DNA of 11,998 nt, from positions 1-11,998 of the forward strand of contig NW_021826795.1 in NCBI RefSeq assembly GCF_006345805.1, read 5' to 3'. Below the pieces are notes generated by a model. It worked only from the letters and a program-made list of their open reading frames with translations, was not told where the DNA came from and ran no database searches. This DNA comes from Octopus sinensis. Its lineage: Eukaryota. Positions 8,566 through 11,998 of this stretch are shown in pieces. Every line of letters begins with the position of its first letter. Position 1 is the first letter of the stretch. The translations under genes and the position numbers were made by a program.

Positions 8566-8641
<76 letters not shown>
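8409..8641 (+). mobile_element. tRNA-derived SINE (CORE-like) with (TG)n tail
   Basis: 5' aggcgcaggagtggctgt (A-box region), B-box-like ggttcagtcc (8463-8472), caccttggaaaagtgtctt. Homologous to 224-340 but with a ~13-nt deletion. (TG)n tail at 8565-8641. Confidence 0.9.
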
Positions 8642-8643
<2 letters not shown>

Positions 8644-9493
8644 GCGTAAATCAACATTTACTGCTTAGTCTGTTTTTCGGACTATCTTATCTTTGACGTG
8701 TTATTGACACTGTGGTTCGATCGTCTTCATATAATTGATATTACTGAGAAAAAGGCTTGAACCTTAAATATTTTAGATTCTCTTGCGGTTATGTGAATAT
8801 TTTATGTTGTGAACTGAAAACCGGCTATGATCGGTACAATGCGTTGAGTGCCGTAACTCGGTGAGTAGAAGCTCAACTGAGCCAAGTTTATGAAGAGCAT
8901 ACCTGTATAAGTCTGTCTAATAAAGCTCTTAACAATCCAAATTATACTTTCTAAAAGAATGACTTAACTACACTCTAAACTCTAAAACACTCAAAATGCA
9001 TAGTGTTTCAAAGCTGACAGAGGTGAGCTGTACTTATATACGTTTCCTATTTGCAACCAAATACGTTGGGCCGATGAGTATTGAGTGTCTGTCACATATA
9101 CGGCTAAACAGAAAAATGTTAGTGATATGATGCGAATTGCTAATTCTCAATCAGATATGATAGCCCAGTAAATGAATATCCTAACAGCTCGGCTTCGTAC
9201 ACCCTCGTGAAAATGATTATATATACTGAAATTTACCTATTCCGTCATCGTTTTGTTTCTAATATCCCAAATCGCTGCTCTATTTACTTAAAAGAGATTA
9301 TCTCTGGGACAACTTAATGTAAATTCAGGTCACCATGGTGACTCGCAAGAAAAGCTTTGAGTCTGTTATGTAAATATGTCAAGGAACAAAGTATTCTTAA
9401 TATCTAAAGATTGTCCTGTTATGCTTGACTTCTAGAGAGATATTTCTCGTAGTCTGATACAAAATAAAGATAGAAATGAATGAATAAGTAAAT

Positions 9494-9565
9494 AGATAAT
9501 AAATAAATAAATAAATAGATAAATAAATACATAAATAAATAAATAAGTAAATAAATAAATAAAAT
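9494..9565. repeat. (AAAT)n tetranucleotide microsatellite
   Basis: Direct. Confidence 0.93.
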
Positions 9566-10015
9566 AAAACAGCTTCAAGTTTTTAAATGGAACTTGAGAA
9601 CATTCTATAGAGGTAAAACGAGATGTGCAAATTACTTTTATTCACATCCAAAATATCGTTCTCAATCGCTTCATTTTATTCGAAAGCAAATATTTCATTT
9701 TGTTATTTCTTCTGCGCATGATTAAAAACAAATACTTTTACTTTTCTTCTCGAAATGTGTTACAATAGAAATACCTTTACAAATATCTCTGAAAAGACGA
9801 ACCTAAAGAAACAAAAATTCCTTTCTTAGTATTTGCTTTCCAAGAACCAGTAATAAAATACGTCTTTATTGACGAAGAGATCCAATGTATTTTTAAACTG
9901 TCGCTGACGCAGAGGTAATAATTTATTCTAGATTTTGTAGTGTTTAACGATAATAGGCATGTTGATGTAAATTCGTTTTTTTTTTATAAATACATAGGTA
10001 TATAAATACATACAT

Positions 10016-10033
10016 CACACACACACACACACA
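10016..10033. repeat. (CA)n microsatellite
   Basis: Direct. Confidence 0.9.
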
Positions 10034-10340
10034 GACGCAAACGCATGCGCACATAAGGATAGCATCTTAGACGAACAGAATGGAGTAAGTGGTACCAGAG
10101 CACACACGAAAACGAAAAAAATGTCGCTGAAGAGGCCACAGATGTGCGACGAAAGATTTCCGGACAATGGACATGAGTTAAAATTTAAAAAAGAGGAAAG
10201 AAGAACAGTGATAAGCGAGTGGAGAACAAATATATAGTGCGTGTGTCTCTTTGGCAAAAAAAAATTACCGTCCCGAAATACAATATCTGTTTCAACACAC
10301 GACTTCACATCAGGAATCTTGCAACAGAAATTGATAAACG

Positions 10341-10346
<6 letters not shown>

Positions 10347-10384
<38 letters not shown>
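10347..10384. repeat. (TG)n microsatellite
   Basis: Direct. Confidence 0.97.
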
Positions 10385-10388
<4 letters not shown>

Positions 10389-10552
10389 ACAGGGCACAGA
10401 AACTGTGTCAATAGCCAGCTGGATGAGGTATCCTCCTGGGTCTACAAGCTACAGTAGCATCCACCCTTAAGGGTTAACCAACATTTAAGTGGCAAATATA
10501 CTTCTCGATGTCGTTCAGCTACTGTTTATACTCACTCAGGGATTTATTATTG

Positions 10553-10554
<2 letters not shown>

Positions 10555-10598
<44 letters not shown>

Positions 10599-10602
10599 AT
10601 AT
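10555..10602. repeat. (TA)n microsatellite
   Basis: Direct. Confidence 0.97.
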
Positions 10603-10968
10603 TAAAACTCAACTTGTGTCTGTGTGTTTATTTGCCGGCACATCTCCTAGCCAACAAATCGTAGAACCACCAAAAATGGGTCACTAAAGTTTAGGCGAAT
10701 GAAAATTGAACTGCGCTATTTGGTTCCGAAATTCATCTCGCAAGTGCAAAATCCTCGATAATGTGTTTGTTTAGGCCTTATCCCATGCATTGAATAGTGA
10801 ACTTTACTCAGTCAGCTGTTTGACGTGAACTGTGTTCACCACGCCTGCAAGCATGCGTAAATTGCATGAAAAATAAAAAATCAAGATATCAAACGAATCG
10901 CCGTAAACATTGTAGAAATTCGGCAAAGAAATGAATTTCGGGATGTAGCCTGGAGGTTTTTTCGTATT
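10600..10968 (+). mobile_element. Candidate non-autonomous Helitron-like element, 5' portion
   Basis: Begins (ta)n-ttaaaactcaacttgtgtctgtgtgtttatttg, the layout of small Helitron 5' ends (TATA-rich start then a GTCT/GTGT run). Bounded by (TA)n on both sides. No CTAG 3' end. Confidence 0.4.
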
Positions 10969-10977
10969 AATATATAT

Positions 10978-11060
<83 letters not shown>
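10969..11060. repeat. (TA)n microsatellite
   Basis: Direct. Confidence 0.97.
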
Positions 11061-11096
11061 TTAAAAAGGAGATGTGGAACACGAGTTGTGATAAAT

Positions 11097-11392
11097 AAAA
11101 AAAGGAAATGAAGAAAATGCTGACAAAATAATTTAGTAAGGGAAAATGTATTTAATTAGGTGAAAGTTCTTTTTACCGGTTGCGCATTTGTTATGCTTAT
11201 CAAAAGTATTTTGAGTGAGATGAGTTCCTTTCTGATTGAGAAAAAAAAATCAATCAGAAAGGAACTCTATCTCACTCAAAATTCTTTTGATAAGCACAAC
11301 AAATGTGCAACCGGTAAAAAGAACTTTCACCGAACTAAATACACTCTCCCTTACTTAAATTATTTTGTCAGCATTTTCTTCATTTCCTTTTT
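11097..11392. mobile_element. ~296-bp foldback / MITE-like long inverted repeat
   Basis: Left arm ~11099-11239 and right arm 11250-11392, with a 10-nt spacer gaaaaaaaaa. About 7 substitutions and 2 single-base indels by hand alignment. TA at both outer edges. The inverted repeat is certain; the MITE interpretation is inferred. Confidence 0.75.
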
Positions 11393-11449
11393 ATATATAT
11401 ATATATATAGCACATATATATAATATGTATGTATGTATATATATATATG

Positions 11450-11520
<71 letters not shown>
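11393..11520. repeat. (TA)n/(ATGT)n microsatellite
   Basis: Direct. Confidence 0.97.
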
Positions 11521-11521
<1 letters not shown>

Positions 11522-11786
11522 GAGAGTATGATAGAAGGCTAACTCTTCCTTCCATAGAAGAAAAAATTCAAATCGGACCATGTTAACACCCAAAATTATT
11601 TACATCAAAAGGTGCCTTTTTTTCTATGAAAATTTTTTTTTTACGATGTTTTGACTGCTGTGTCGCCATTTTTCGGTGTATTTCACTTAAAGAGAATATC
11701 AAGCTACATACTGCCAAATTTTTACTTTTCAAAAATTCCAATTCTAAAGGGTCTAAACAAACCGCAACGCCGGGCGATACTGCTAG
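11521..11786 (+). mobile_element. 5'-truncated non-autonomous Helitron-like element with intact 3' terminus
   Basis: Ends ...accgcaacgccgggcgatactgCTAG|T (CTAG at 11783-11786, then T and (AT)n). A degenerate GC-rich subterminal hairpin ~10 nt before CTAG is the canonical Helitron 3' signature. Confidence 0.75.
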
Positions 11787-11998
11787 TATATATATATAAT
11801 TTTTGGTAATTTAAAGTATTTGGATGTCTTCATCCACAAAATTTATTTTATAATCTTATACACCGTATTATAATGAACTACACGTGTTTCTGCTGCACCG
11901 ACTACTCACGACTGCAGATGCAACTTTCATTATTATCGGTGCGGCTTCTTCAAGATCCATCCATTTGGTCAGCCTCGAAGTGAATGAAATAAATTTTA

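Noticed and set aside
9329-9342. 14-bp palindrome gtcaccatggtgac
   Set aside because: About one palindrome of this length is expected by chance in 12 kb.
10127-10160. CTGAAGA...GAAA hammerhead-like core
   Set aside because: Stem II is irregular and no stem I could be closed around a cleavage triplet.
11160-11423. 87-aa ORF
   Set aside because: Runs through the foldback and a TA repeat; no coding signal.

Overview
AT-rich, microsatellite-dense eukaryotic non-coding DNA, either intronic or intergenic. I recognise no host gene, rRNA, tRNA or CRISPR array. The SINE and repeat families resemble those I remember from octopus (coleoid cephalopod) genomes; this is unverified recall. The window is a mosaic of decayed mobile elements. 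These are several tRNA-derived SINEs (one a dimer with an 8-bp target-site duplication), a D34D mariner remnant with one intact terminal repeat, two or three Penelope-like reverse-transcriptase remnants, a candidate solo LTR with a correctly spaced TATA + Inr, and Helitron-like termini in (TA)n tracts. The most unusual structures are three long inverted repeats: a perfect 58-bp palindrome at the broken 5' end of a SINE (186-243), a near-perfect 52-bp palindrome (7025-7076) and a ~296-bp foldback (11097-11392). Most ORFs in the supplied track are microsatellite or chance ORFs. Only those at 4723-4953, 5912-6313, 6183-6452 and possibly 7704-7901 carry transposon-protein remnants. I found no convincing new multi-gene system.
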